This document shows positions 1 to 8,734 of a stretch of DNA of 64,000 nucleotides, in pieces; the first letter of the stretch is position 1; each line of letters begins with the position of its first letter. The DNA lies in IMG/VR virus record IMGVR_UViG_3300048014_000057, positions 64,001 to 128,000 of that record; one strand, 5' to 3'. The position numbers were made by a program, and so were the translations under genes. The stretch is from a virus. The notes under the pieces are model-generated. The model had not been told where the DNA came from, did no database searches, and was given only the letters and a program-made list of their open reading frames with translations.

Positions 1-903
1 TGAAAATAACTCAGATGGATTTTTATATCTAATATTTAATTGATATGATAATCTTCCTTTCTTTTTTATTCCTTTATTTGTAAAGGAAGGATTTTTTTCT
101 GAAATTTTACAAATACCACCAATAGAAAATATTAATTCTTGTATATCTTTGGCTAATTCATAACTTGTTGTTGAATAAGAAATAGAACCGTTTCTATCAG
201 CAGTTCCATCTGTATCCATTAAACCACGTAATAATTCTATTTTTTGATTAAAAGAAATATTTTTATATAATTCTGGAATATTTTTTTCCCAGGATCGTTT
301 TCCATATAAATTTAATTTTTTTAATTCTTCTTTAAATATGTGTTTTTCATATTTAATACCATAATTAATTCTATAAGAACATCTTGTTTGAACTTTTGAT
401 AAATGTAATTTTACAATCCTAGGACAAGTAAAATCAAGAATATTTCTTACTTTATTTAATAATTCTTCATCTGTATTTGTTATTGTTACATTACTACTAG
501 TAAATGATCCATCACCAATTAAAACACCTAATAAATAAGGATTAATTGGTAAATCTACATCTTTTTTTATAAAATTTTCTGCTTCAAAAAGTTGAATAAA
601 ATGATTATCAGTAAAATTACCTAATGAATTTTCTTTTTCTTTTAAAATTTCTAAAAGAGATAAAATTTTCCATTGCCATTTTGATTCAAAATATCCCCAT
701 ACTCTAAAAAGATGGTTTTCCCCACATTTAACTTTTCTTCCATCTTTAAATGTAATTTCATATACATTTTCTTCTCCGATAAATGGAATATCAATTACTT
801 TTGATATATCTCCATTAGCAGATACAATTTCATCTCCAATTTTTATATTACCAATAGTATTCCATCCTAAAGGTGTTAGGATTTTTGAATATAATGGTTG
901 TGC
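1..903 (-). mobile_element. Intein with LAGLIDADG endonuclease, inserted in the Walker A motif of gp46 (Ala-initiated, partial)
   Basis: GAGK|AQPLYSKILTPLGW (block A), ITFKDGRKVKCGENHLF (block B), YLLGVLIGDGS and LLRGLMDTDG (LAGLIDADG motifs). Confidence 0.92.
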
Positions 904-1026
904 TTTACCAGCACCATTTATACCAACAATAAGTGAAATAGAATTTTCGTTTAATTTTATTTCTGTCCATTGATTACCAGATGATAAAAAATTCTGGTAA
1001 CGAATAGTATTAAATATTATTTTCAT
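1..1026 (-). CDS. gp46: Recombination endonuclease ATPase subunit (gp46/SbcC-like), intein-containing, runs off the window edge
   Basis: Not in the ORF track. Manual translation from the ATG at 1026 gives MKIIFNTIRYQNFLSSGNQWTEIKLNENSISLIVGINGAGK (Walker A). It lies downstream of gp47 and the frame is open to position 1. Confidence 0.93.
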   Translation of the reverse strand, partial: MKIIFNTIRYQNFLSSGNQWTEIKLNENSISLIVGINGAGKAQPLYSKILTPLGWNTIGNIKIGDEIVSANGDISKVIDIPFIGEENVYEITFKDGRKVKCGENHLFRVWGYFESKWQWKILSLLEILKEKENSLGNFTDNHFIQLFEAENFIKKDVDLPINPYLLGVLIGDGSFTSSNVTITNTDEELLNKVRNILDFTCPRIVKLHLSKVQTRCSYRINYGIKYEKHIFKEELKKLNLYGKRSWEKNIPELYKNISFNQKIELLRGLMDTDGTADRNGSISYSTTSYELAKDIQELIFSIGGICKISEKNPSFTNKGIKKKGRLSYQLNIRYKNPSELFS

Positions 1027-1029
1027 TTA

Positions 1030-1254
1030 TTAAAATTGACTCAATAATTCTCTTGTTTTAACCGGATCAAGTAAAAGTTCTGTTAAAAAATCTGCTAATT
1101 TTTCATAATCTAATTGTGTAGTCTGATACAGAGACCATTCAGAATGAATATGATCATAAATAAAATCATGATTAGTAATTTTTCCAATAATTAATCTTTT
1201 AATTTTTTCTTTGTCTTTTTTTCTATCTTTTTCTCTTTCCTCATAGAAATTCAT
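1030..1254 (-). CDS. Hypothetical protein
   Basis: 74-aa ORF packed between gp47 and gp46. Confidence 0.6.
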   Translation of the reverse strand: MNFYEEREKDRKKDKEKIKRLIIGKITNHDFIYDHIHSEWSLYQTTQLDYEKLADFLTELLLDPVKTRELLSQF

Positions 1255-1262
1255 TTATTTTT

Positions 1263-1436
1263 TTATCCTCTATGTTCATGAAAATATTTTTCCACAAAAA
1301 AATGAATATCAGTAATTAAAATATTAAATCTATCAAAATATTTTTCTATTCTATATAGAATAGTACCTAAATATCCTATAATTATTATTAATAATATTGT
1401 TATTAATATAAGAAAATAAAGTACATAATCATTCAT
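1263..1436 (-). CDS. Small membrane protein
   Basis: Likely ATG at 1436, overlapping the gp47 stop; one hydrophobic helix (VLYFLILITILLIIIIGYLG). Confidence 0.55.
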   Translation of the reverse strand: MNDYVLYFLILITILLIIIIGYLGTILYRIEKYFDRFNILITDIHFFVEKYFHEHRG

Positions 1437-2463
1437 TTTGCATGGCCTCTTTATAAATTTCTTCGGTAAGTAATTGTAACTCAGCTTTATATTGAGTGTC
1501 AATAGTAGAAATTTGTTTTTTAAAAATTTCTAAAGTAGATTCAATATTTTGAACAACTTCAGGATTTACAATATCAATTTTTTCTTGTATATCATTAACT
1601 AAAAGATCAATCACTCCAAGATTATGAATTGAATCAATAAAATTTTTAAATTTAGTTTCTGATTTTTTAGAAATAACGTTTACTTTAACATAAGAATTTT
1701 TAGTATTTAAAATGTCTATTTCTTTATCTTCTTCATAATCGATTTTAACAAACATCTTATATGGATTTCTATGGTAATCCAATATTCCAGTATCAGTATC
1801 CAAAATACAAAAACCAGAATCATTGGTATAATCCCCCCAATTGAATTGAAAGCAAGAACCAATGTAATTAATATTGTTGTTATGATTACGAGTGTGATAA
1901 TGGCCGGATAAAACTTTATCAAACCTTTCAAAAATTTTTGGATCATCTCCATGAGTTGATATAATTCCTTTCTGTGTTTCAAAGCCTTTTAATTCCAAAT
2001 GTGCCATACAATATCGTGCCTGTGATTTTTCTATCACCTTTAATGATTCTTCTCTGTTTTCTTGAGAAATCCAAGGAAGGAAAAGAATATTTCCTATTTC
2101 TTGAGGATTATTATATAAGTTAATATTATATTTACCTTCTATTAATTCTTTTAAGGAATTAATATCATTAGTTTGACGATGAAAAACATCATGATTACCA
2201 CAAATAATATCTGCTTTTAATCCATTTTTAATTCGATATGAAAGTGGTTCAAAAAAATCTTCTCTTAATTTTTTTGCAGTTTGTATATTAATTTGTCTTC
2301 GATTATCAACAAGATCACCAAGATGTATAAAATGTTTAATATTATTTTTATCAATATATGGAAATACTACTTCTGAAAAAAAATTATGCATATAGGGATA
2401 AAATGCCTGTGAATCATTTCTACAACCCCAATGTGTATCTGCAATAATTAATATTTTACTCAA
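1429..2463 (-). CDS. gp47: Recombination endonuclease nuclease subunit (gp47/Mre11/SbcD-like)
   Basis: Metallophosphoesterase motifs DTHWG, HLGDLVD, GNHD, HLE, SGHYH; T4 gene order; TTG start. Confidence 0.95.
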   Translation of the reverse strand: MSKILIIADTHWGCRNDSQAFYPYMHNFFSEVVFPYIDKNNIKHFIHLGDLVDNRRQINIQTAKKLREDFFEPLSYRIKNGLKADIICGNHDVFHRQTNDINSLKELIEGKYNINLYNNPQEIGNILFLPWISQENREESLKVIEKSQARYCMAHLELKGFETQKGIISTHGDDPKIFERFDKVLSGHYHTRNHNNNINYIGSCFQFNWGDYTNDSGFCILDTDTGILDYHRNPYKMFVKIDYEEDKEIDILNTKNSYVKVNVISKKSETKFKNFIDSIHNLGVIDLLVNDIQEKIDIVNPEVVQNIESTLEIFKKQISTIDTQYKAELQLLTEEIYKEAMQNE

Positions 2464-2766
2464 TTAACTAAAAATCCATGTAAAAAACAAAAAAGTTAAA
2501 TTTAAAATACCTAAACATGCTAAAACAACTAATTCGATAATTACAAATGTAATAGTAGAATCTATTACACGTTTTAAAAACCGAAGTATAATTTCTTTAT
2601 AAGTCATATTAATTTCCTTAAAATCCTAATAAAATGGACGTAATTTTAAAAAATCCATATAAAAAAATGAACAAAAAAATAAAATATAGAATAATAACAA
2701 TGGCAAATTGCCACCATTTATACCTATAGTATAGTCTATATATTTTCCATGAAGAAATATAAGGCA

Positions 2767-2967
2767 TTATTTTCTCTTTTTAAAATAAGAATTAGGATTT
2801 TTATTATCCATTTTTAAACTTTCCGAAATGTAATCTCTACATTTTTCAAGTCTAATTTGAAGATTTAATTTTTCATTTTCTGTCCTAGCATTTCTATAGG
2901 AATTAACCAATGAAATAATTAAATCTGGAATATCGTAATCAATTAAAGTAGCAGAATCAACTAGCAT
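2767..2967 (-). CDS. Hypothetical protein
   Basis: 66-aa ORF overlapping the gp55 stop. Confidence 0.55.
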   Translation of the reverse strand: MLVDSATLIDYDIPDLIISLVNSYRNARTENEKLNLQIRLEKCRDYISESLKMDNKNPNSYFKKRK

Positions 2968-3538
2968 TTTGTTCCTCTTTTTTTATTTTTTTAACTTTGT
3001 TTTTAGAGTAATCAAGATTTTTATGGGAAGAATATCCCTTTGAATTATTTTTATTTTTAATTTCAAACTTTTCAATAACTTTATTATGTTCTTCATTATT
3101 AAATGAATCTCCAAATTCATTTAAATCATCTAATGAAAATAATCTTTCAAAATTCTTGTGTTTTGTATAAGATTGTTTTTCTTCTTTGGATATTGTTTGT
3201 ATGAAAATATTCCAGGCTATTTGAGTAAAGTAGGCAAATGGATTAGGATTTTCTTTATTATAGTCTACATCATAACAATGTACCTTTTCCACCATTTTTT
3301 CAATAGCCGAGAGAACCATTTCTTCTTTAAAAGAATAATTAATGAAATTGAATTTATTGGATAATTTATTGGCAATTTGAAAAATACATTCTCCTATATA
3401 TCTAGGAATTTGTATATCTTTATTTTCATTTAATTTTTCATTATAATCTACCAAAGCCTTATAGAAATCAGGACCGTTAATATAATTCTTTTTTGATTTT
3501 GGTTTTCTTACAATACTTCCTGTTTTTTCCTCTGTCAA
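2957..3538 (-). CDS. gp55: Late-transcription sigma factor
   Basis: NYING.DF, IPRYIGECIFQIA, NFINYSFKEEM and NPFAYFTQI motifs; upstream of gp47. Confidence 0.95.
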   Translation of the reverse strand: MTEEKTGSIVRKPKSKKNYINGPDFYKALVDYNEKLNENKDIQIPRYIGECIFQIANKLSNKFNFINYSFKEEMVLSAIEKMVEKVHCYDVDYNKENPNPFAYFTQIAWNIFIQTISKEEKQSYTKHKNFERLFSLDDLNEFGDSFNNEEHNKVIEKFEIKNKNNSKGYSSHKNLDYSKNKVKKIKKEEQNAS

Positions 3539-3573
3539 TTTTTTCCTTTCTTTTTATGAAAATTTTTTTTCTT

Positions 3574-3601
3574 ATTATAATTAAACTTTAAATTTTGTCA
3601 A
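3574..3601 (-). promoter_or_regulatory. Sigma70-type promoter for gp55
   Basis: TTGACA-16nt-TATAAT on the minus strand. Confidence 0.7.
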
Positions 3602-3645
3602 ATGAAAAAATAAAAAAATAATTTCTTAAAGTTCTAAAATATCGC

Positions 3646-3674
3646 TTGACACACTTTTTTCGGGCTGGTATAAT
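3646..3674 (+). promoter_or_regulatory. Consensus sigma70 promoter firing into a non-coding repeat region
   Basis: TTGACA (3646-3651), 17 nt, TATAAT (3669-3674), with an extended -10 TG. Confidence 0.8.
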
Positions 3675-3683
3675 AGTAGTATA

Positions 3684-3777
3684 TACTTCAACATATTATA
3701 GTTTGTATTCAACATGTTGAAGTTTATCTTTTCTAAGTCTTTAAATTCTAAATATATAAAGAAGTTATGTTGAAGTA
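3684..3777. repeat. Inverted repeats and palindrome (TTCAACA core)
   Basis: tacttcaacata (3684-3695) and tatgttgaagta (3766-3777); internal palindrome ttcaacatgttgaa (3708-3721). Confidence 0.8.
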
Positions 3778-3824
3778 ACTTTAAAGTACCTTAGTATATA
3801 GGTTCCCAACGACTAAATGTAAAA

Positions 3825-5270
3825 CTAAATATTAACACTAATTTTTTGATAATTAAATTTTTCATCAAGATACATTTTTTCTCTTTCTTTCATATGGAGA
3901 AATGTGCTAGATTGTTTTTTGGATATTTTATCAGCAATGTCATAAACAGTTAAAAGTTTTTTATCAGGACTTTTTCTCAATCCTCTACCTATGGATTGTA
4001 AAGTCTTAATTCTGGATTTGGTAGGATGAACTAAAATTAAATTATGAAGATTATGAATATTGATTCCAGTGTTAAAAACTTTAGAACATAGTGTTATTGA
4101 ATTTTTTAGAATTTCAATTTCATTTATTATATTTTTTCTTTCCTTAGAATCATTATCACCATCTACATAAAAAACAGGAACTTTACTTTCTCTCTTGATT
4201 TTTTCATAAAGAACTTTTCCATGATCCTTATTATTAAACATAATAAATGTGTTTTCCTTTAATGAAAGTGCTAAGGTTTTTATAAATTGATTTCTTTCAT
4301 CGGAATTTAATAGATAAGAAATTTCATCTTCATAATTAACTCCATATGTATTTTCATAATATGGAGAATTTTTATGATTAAGAATTATAATTTTAAAATC
4401 TACAGGAGATGAAAATCCTCTATCGATTAATTCCTTGGTTGTTATGTATTTATGAATAGGACCAAAAAGGCTTCTAATAGTCATTAGAGATAATTGATCC
4501 TTTATATCTTGTAGAGTTCCTGTCATTCCAATTTTTATATTAGAATTTATTGTTTTTTCCATAAGTTTTTTCAGTGATTTTGATTGGAAAGTATGAACTT
4601 CATCGGCAAGAATGATTTCTTTATCTTCAAACCATGATTTCTTTTCATTGATTAACGATTGATAGGTGGAAATTATTAACTGTTTATCAGTGACTCGACT
4701 TTCACCTTCCATAATTAAATGGACATCCCCTAGGAACCCGTAGGACTTAAAATCTTCATACATCTGTGTCACAAGTGCTATCGTAGGAACTATTAAAACA
4801 GTACGTTTATTAAAATATCTAAAAAAAAGATATAAAATTAAAGATTTACCACTTGACGTACTACTAAGACAAATTATTTTTTTATTCTTGACACCTTCCA
4901 TAAAATATTTTAATTGGTAATCACGAATTTGATATTTTTCTGGAATATTAAGTGTTTTTATAAATTCTAATGCTTCTTTTTCGGTAAAATTATTTTTAGA
5001 AAAATCTCCTTCTAATTTATATTCATAATTTTGTTTTTTTAAAAATGTTTCTAATTCAGGTAATATTCCTAATCCTAGAATGCATGTATTTTTGTTGTAA
5101 AGGGAAACATAACCATCCCAAAATCTATTTTTAAATCTAGGATCAAATTTATAATTAACTGGTCTATATTTAAATTCTTCATAAATTTCTTGATGAATAG
5201 AAACATCGGAACTTATATGAAGATATACTTCATTTAATTTTTTTATTGTTATCATCCACCACTTTCCCAT
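3825..5270 (-). CDS. uvsW: SF2 DNA helicase UvsW
   Basis: RDYQ, TSSGKS, DEVH, GMTGT, QSIGRGLR; N-terminal F.P.F..R.WDG motif. Confidence 0.95.
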   Translation of the reverse strand: MGKWWMITIKKLNEVYLHISSDVSIHQEIYEEFKYRPVNYKFDPRFKNRFWDGYVSLYNKNTCILGLGILPELETFLKKQNYEYKLEGDFSKNNFTEKEALEFIKTLNIPEKYQIRDYQLKYFMEGVKNKKIICLSSTSSGKSLILYLFFRYFNKRTVLIVPTIALVTQMYEDFKSYGFLGDVHLIMEGESRVTDKQLIISTYQSLINEKKSWFEDKEIILADEVHTFQSKSLKKLMEKTINSNIKIGMTGTLQDIKDQLSLMTIRSLFGPIHKYITTKELIDRGFSSPVDFKIIILNHKNSPYYENTYGVNYEDEISYLLNSDERNQFIKTLALSLKENTFIMFNNKDHGKVLYEKIKRESKVPVFYVDGDNDSKERKNIINEIEILKNSITLCSKVFNTGINIHNLHNLILVHPTKSRIKTLQSIGRGLRKSPDKKLLTVYDIADKISKKQSSTFLHMKEREKMYLDEKFNYQKISVNI

Positions 5271-5686
5271 TTTTTAAAAGAAATACATTCTTTAATTTGA
5301 AAACCACGATTTTTTATCATATCCATAATAGCTTTAAGTGTATTAACTTTTTCCAATTGAAATGAAACTTTCAAAGTTGAATCAATAATATCCTGATCTC
5401 CTTCTATATAATCAGGTATTTCGGATTTTAAAATTTTCCCTTGGGGAGGAAGTTCCCATTTTTTTTCAAGTGTTTCTTTGGTTTGACCATATAGATAAAA
5501 ATCTCTTTTTTCTTGTTTTAATTTTTTTAATTCTGATAACATTTTCAAATATAATAAATTTTCATTGTTATAGAATTTAAGATATTTAAAATGTAATTTA
5601 GGAATTTTTAGAGATTCGTCATCAAGAATAATTTCATCAATAAAAGAATCTTTTTCCCATTCTTCATAAATTTCTTCTAATTTCAT
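5252..5686 (-). CDS. uvsY: Recombination mediator UvsY
   Basis: W.KDS.ID, SLKIPKLH.KY, RGFQIK..I...K; adjacent to uvsW. Confidence 0.92.
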   Translation of the reverse strand: MKLEEIYEEWEKDSFIDEIILDDESLKIPKLHFKYLKFYNNENLLYLKMLSELKKLKQEKRDFYLYGQTKETLEKKWELPPQGKILKSEIPDYIEGDQDIIDSTLKVSFQLEKVNTLKAIMDMIKNRGFQIKECISFKKWESGG

Positions 5687-5750
5687 TTTTTCTCCATTTG
5701 TCAGAATATTGTACTCATAAATCTGACAATATTATATCATATTATTAAAT

Positions 5751-6275
5751 TTAAGGAAGAGAAATATTATATTTTGTATAATTAAATTGCACAGAAGCTG
5801 TAATATAGGGTAAGGTTTCATCTGTAGTATTAAAATCTGGTCCTGAAAGAGCGGAAGGCCAACATTTTTCAAAAGTAAAAACATAAGATGGATTTTTTTG
5901 AGAATCTAGTGTAAATAATTGTAGAGAAGAATAAATTCCATAACCTAAAAATTCTGGATTGTTTTCTAAAGTTTTATATTTATTTCCAGAATTTAAAGGA
6001 TCACCAATGGCATCAAGCCAATTATTTATTTCAAGCCAATTTTGTAGATCATCTGTTACTTTGAACTTTAATTCGAGCGGATCGTAAATAACGTGATCTC
6101 CCACAGAAGGAATATTTAAGGAAGGACTTGGATATTTAGCTGGAGAAAGTGATTTATTGGGAATTTTTATTTCTTGAAGAAAATATGTAAGTGATGGTGC
6201 TCTTTGTAAAGTAAAGTAAAAATTTAATTTCGAAAGTAAATTTAAACTATTACTGTTGTATGATAATGCAGTCAT
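5751..6275 (-). CDS. gp3: Tail tube terminator / tail completion protein
   Basis: NF.F.L.RAP.L.YF.Q...IP, F.V..DL.NW.EI..W, F....P..LS; the order gp3-uvsY-uvsW is typical of T4-like phages. Confidence 0.82.
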   Translation of the reverse strand: MTALSYNSNSLNLLSKLNFYFTLQRAPSLTYFLQEIKIPNKSLSPAKYPSPSLNIPSVGDHVIYDPLELKFKVTDDLQNWLEINNWLDAIGDPLNSGNKYKTLENNPEFLGYGIYSSLQLFTLDSQKNPSYVFTFEKCWPSALSGPDFNTTDETLPYITASVQFNYTKYNISLP

Positions 6276-6298
6276 TTTGTAAATATTCCTTTTTTATA

Positions 6299-6306
6299 TA
6301 TTTATT
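6299..6306 (-). promoter_or_regulatory. Late-promoter-like AATAAATA upstream of gp3
   Basis: A variant of T4 TATAAATA. The same motif recurs before likely late genes at 7603, 11934, 16953, 22913(-), 23384, 26453, 35749, 51543 and 56905(-). Confidence 0.6.
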
Positions 6307-6376
6307 TCTCGTTTTTAGACTTGACAAACAAATTCTTTCATGGGAAACTGAAATTGTTGATTTTTAGGAGAGAAAA

Positions 6377-6754
6377 ATGTCACATGATACGAATGGAAAA
6401 CCATATCTTAAATTCTCAGAAGGTAATCAAGGTGTTGTAGTTATTGTTGATAGTGGTTTTGATTGTATGGAACCATGGTCTGAAAAAATAATTAAATTTG
6501 ATAAAGAATTATTTGAGGACTCTAAAAATTGGAATACGGAATATAAATTAACGAAAGAAGATTGTTTATATATAGATTGTATTTGTACAGAAGATTGTAA
6601 TGAAGATGAAAAACAAAAACATTATATTGATGGACAATTTGAAATGAAAGTTGAAAATGGAGAAATTGTTGAATATTATATTGGCCTTTATTTAAAATCT
6701 TCTTTTACAGAAAAAGAATTAGTGGCTTTACGCCTTAAAGATTTAAGAAAATAA
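6377..6754 (+). CDS. Hypothetical protein
   Basis: AGGAG SD and upstream TTGACA. Confidence 0.7.
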   Translation: MSHDTNGKPYLKFSEGNQGVVVIVDSGFDCMEPWSEKIIKFDKELFEDSKNWNTEYKLTKEDCLYIDCICTEDCNEDEKQKHYIDGQFEMKVENGEIVEYYIGLYLKSSFTEKELVALRLKDLRK

Positions 6755-6772
6755 TTTTATAGGAGAAATAAA

Positions 6773-7234
6773 ATGTTTAAAGATGGTAATCAAATTCGCT
6801 GTATCAATAATATTGATAATAAATTTCTTGAATTAGGTAAAATCTATACATTTAAATCTTATGATATTTATATAGATTATAATATATTTTTATATCTTGA
6901 AGAAATACCAAATCATTACTTTTTTTCTTTTAGATTTGAATTGGTAAAAGAAAAAAATGTTAATGATCAATTTAATAATAAATATGTAGTAGATGAAATT
7001 TTAATACGTACTAAATATATTAATGAAAATGTTTCTCTAAAAAATTCTATTAATGCAGGATTTAGTGAAGGTTCTGGTTATTATATTGAATTTCCATATA
7101 ATTCTTATACAAAAATGATGATTAAAAGAAAATATTATCTTAATACTAAGACATATGCCCAAATTGGATATCTTTTAAATAGATATAAAGAATTATTTTT
7201 AAATGAAATGTTTGTTTTTGGTAAGGAAAATTAA
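6773..7234 (+). CDS. Hypothetical protein
   Basis: AGGAG SD; N-terminus (CI.N....L....IYT...L.EI....F...RF) resembles ORF 13552. Confidence 0.7.
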   Translation: MFKDGNQIRCINNIDNKFLELGKIYTFKSYDIYIDYNIFLYLEEIPNHYFFSFRFELVKEKNVNDQFNNKYVVDEILIRTKYINENVSLKNSINAGFSEGSGYYIEFPYNSYTKMMIKRKYYLNTKTYAQIGYLLNRYKELFLNEMFVFGKEN

Positions 7235-7235
7235 A

Positions 7236-7607
7236 ATGAACTTTAATTCAGAACAAGAATTATATGAATATATTGGTGAATTTCTAATCCAACAAGGAAA
7301 ACAATCTTACGATATTAATCATAATTCGTGTATGTATCGTGGTCCAAATAATACAAAATGTGCAGTAGGTTGTGTTATTCCAGATAAATTTTATCTTTCT
7401 GGTATGGAATTAATGAGTCTATTTGATATTATGAATTATAAACTTCCTCCATATATTATAGAATATGAATATTTTTTAGTAAGTATGCAAGAATTTCATG
7501 ATAATTCCAAAAATTGGAATGAAAATGGATTAATTATTGAAAAATTAATTAAATTTGGAAAAGAAAATAATTTAGATACAAGTAAATTTGAAATTTTATT
7601 AGAATAA
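7236..7607 (+). CDS. Hypothetical phage protein (C.YRGPNNTKCAVGC family), paralog 1
   Basis: SD AAGGA then ATG at 7236; close paralog of 9395..9760. Confidence 0.75.
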   Translation: MNFNSEQELYEYIGEFLIQQGKQSYDINHNSCMYRGPNNTKCAVGCVIPDKFYLSGMELMSLFDIMNYKLPPYIIEYEYFLVSMQEFHDNSKNWNENGLIIEKLIKFGKENNLDTSKFEILLE

Positions 7608-7619
7608 ATAATATATTAT

Positions 7620-7697
7620 TGCGTGGTGGACAAGTCTGGTTAAGTCGTTGGTCTCATAAGCCAAATATCAAAGGTTCAAATCCTTTCTACGCAACCA
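7620..7697 (+). tRNA. tRNA-Met(CAT), initiator-like
   Basis: Acceptor tgcgtgg/ctacgca, anticodon arm ttggt-ctCATaa-gccaa, T-loop TTCAAAT, encoded CCA, A11:U24. Confidence 0.9.
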
Positions 7698-7701
7698 ATT
7701 T

Positions 7702-7777
7702 CAGGGTAGACGTAGGGTTAGAATACTGCCTCCCTTGGAAGGAGGTCAATCTGGGGCAGCGCCAGATACCCTGACCA
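7702..7777 (+). tRNA. tRNA-Pro(TGG) with non-canonical T-loop
   Basis: Acceptor cagggta/taccctg, arm cctcc-ctTGGaa-ggagg, T-arm tctgg-ggcagcg-ccaga, CCA. Confidence 0.8.
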
Positions 7778-7837
7778 TTTTAAAGAGGTAAGAGATTGTA
7801 GGTTGCTGTATTTTGATTGGAACCTTCAAAATTTTAT

Positions 7838-7913
7838 GGGCTCGCATGTTCCAAGGGGGCGAACTGCACTTGCAATGCGGTTGTGGTGAATTCGATTTTC
7901 ACCGAGTCCACCA
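7838..7913 (+). tRNA. tRNA-Ala(TGC)
   Basis: Acceptor gggctcg/cgagtcc with G3:U70, arm ctgca-ctTGCaa-tgcgg, TTCGA, CCA. Confidence 0.9.
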
Positions 7914-7923
7914 TATTTAATTT

Positions 7924-8016
7924 GGGAAGGCTGCTAAGATGGCGGTTTAGCAGCCGTCTATAAAACGGTTCCATTTGTGGTAAACATTGTAGGTTCGAAT
8001 CCTACCTTTCCCACCA
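7924..8016 (+). tRNA. tRNA-Tyr with unusual ATA anticodon (long variable arm)
   Basis: Acceptor gggaagg/ctttccc, D-stem gctaa/ttagc, arm gccgt-ctATAaa-acggt (anticodon 7960-7962), long V-arm, gtagg-ttcgaat-cctac, A73, CCA. Confidence 0.88.
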
Positions 8017-8031
8017 AATTAAAGAATTATA

Positions 8032-8286
8032 ATGAAAATATATTCTATATTAGAAGCTATTGATATGACAAAAAAATTATTATTAGATAAAAAATTTAAT
8101 ATAATAAGAAAAACAAAAACTTCAATTTATATGAGTAAAAATAAGAAAAAAATAAGAATTTCCGATCATTTTCTTTATGATTCAATTGACATTGTCCATC
8201 AAATAATATATAAAAAACCTACAATATTAGTTGATATAGAATATCATGTAGAACAAACTATAGTAAAGGTATTAAAAAATGAATAA
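8032..8286 (+). CDS. Hypothetical protein (IRISDH motif)
   Basis: 84-aa ORF coupled to the next gene. Confidence 0.6.
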   Translation: MKIYSILEAIDMTKKLLLDKKFNIIRKTKTSIYMSKNKKKIRISDHFLYDSIDIVHQIIYKKPTILVDIEYHVEQTIVKVLKNE

Positions 8287-8734
8287 TAAAAAATTATTTA
8301 AATTATGTGAACAAATTGCATTAAATTCTCCTGATTCTTCTAGAAAAATTGGTTGTATTATCTTAAATAGTGAAGATAATATTTTAAGTTTTGGTTGGAA
8401 TGACTTTCCTTTTAATGTGGATGTAAACGAACAAAGACTTTCCAAAGAAAATGGTGAAAAATATCACTGGATGTGTCATGCAGAAGAAAAAACAATCTTA
8501 TCATGTTTAAGAAGTGGTAAAGATTTATATCATTCTAAAATTTATACAACTTTATTTCCTTGTTCTTCTTGTGCAAGATTGATAATTGAGTCTGGAATAA
8601 AGGAAGTAAATACATTTGAGATTCCAGAAAATGACAAAACTTATTCTAGAAGTTTTGAAGTTTCCCAAATAATGTTTAATGAAGTTGGTATTAAGGTTAA
8701 TATTTTTAATAGAGAGGATATTTTAAATGGATAA
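8279..8734 (+). CDS. cd: dCMP deaminase-family zinc deaminase
   Basis: S.D...KIGC, GWN, CHAE, PCSSCARLIIESGIKEV. Confidence 0.88.
   Translation: MNNKKLFKLCEQIALNSPDSSRKIGCIILNSEDNILSFGWNDFPFNVDVNEQRLSKENGEKYHWMCHAEEKTILSCLRSGKDLYHSKIYTTLFPCSSCARLIIESGIKEVNTFEIPENDKTYSRSFEVSQIMFNEVGIKVNIFNREDILNG

Noticed and set aside
7778-7837. Possible fifth tRNA or remnant between tRNA-Pro and tRNA-Ala
   Set aside because: No T-loop, anticodon arm or CCA could be folded.
8279-8734. Calling the deaminase a TadA tRNA adenosine deaminase
   Set aside because: Its motifs (S.D...KIGC, GWN.FP, PCSSCARLIIESGIKEV) fit the dCMP deaminase family; proximity to tRNA-Tyr(ATA) is the only link.
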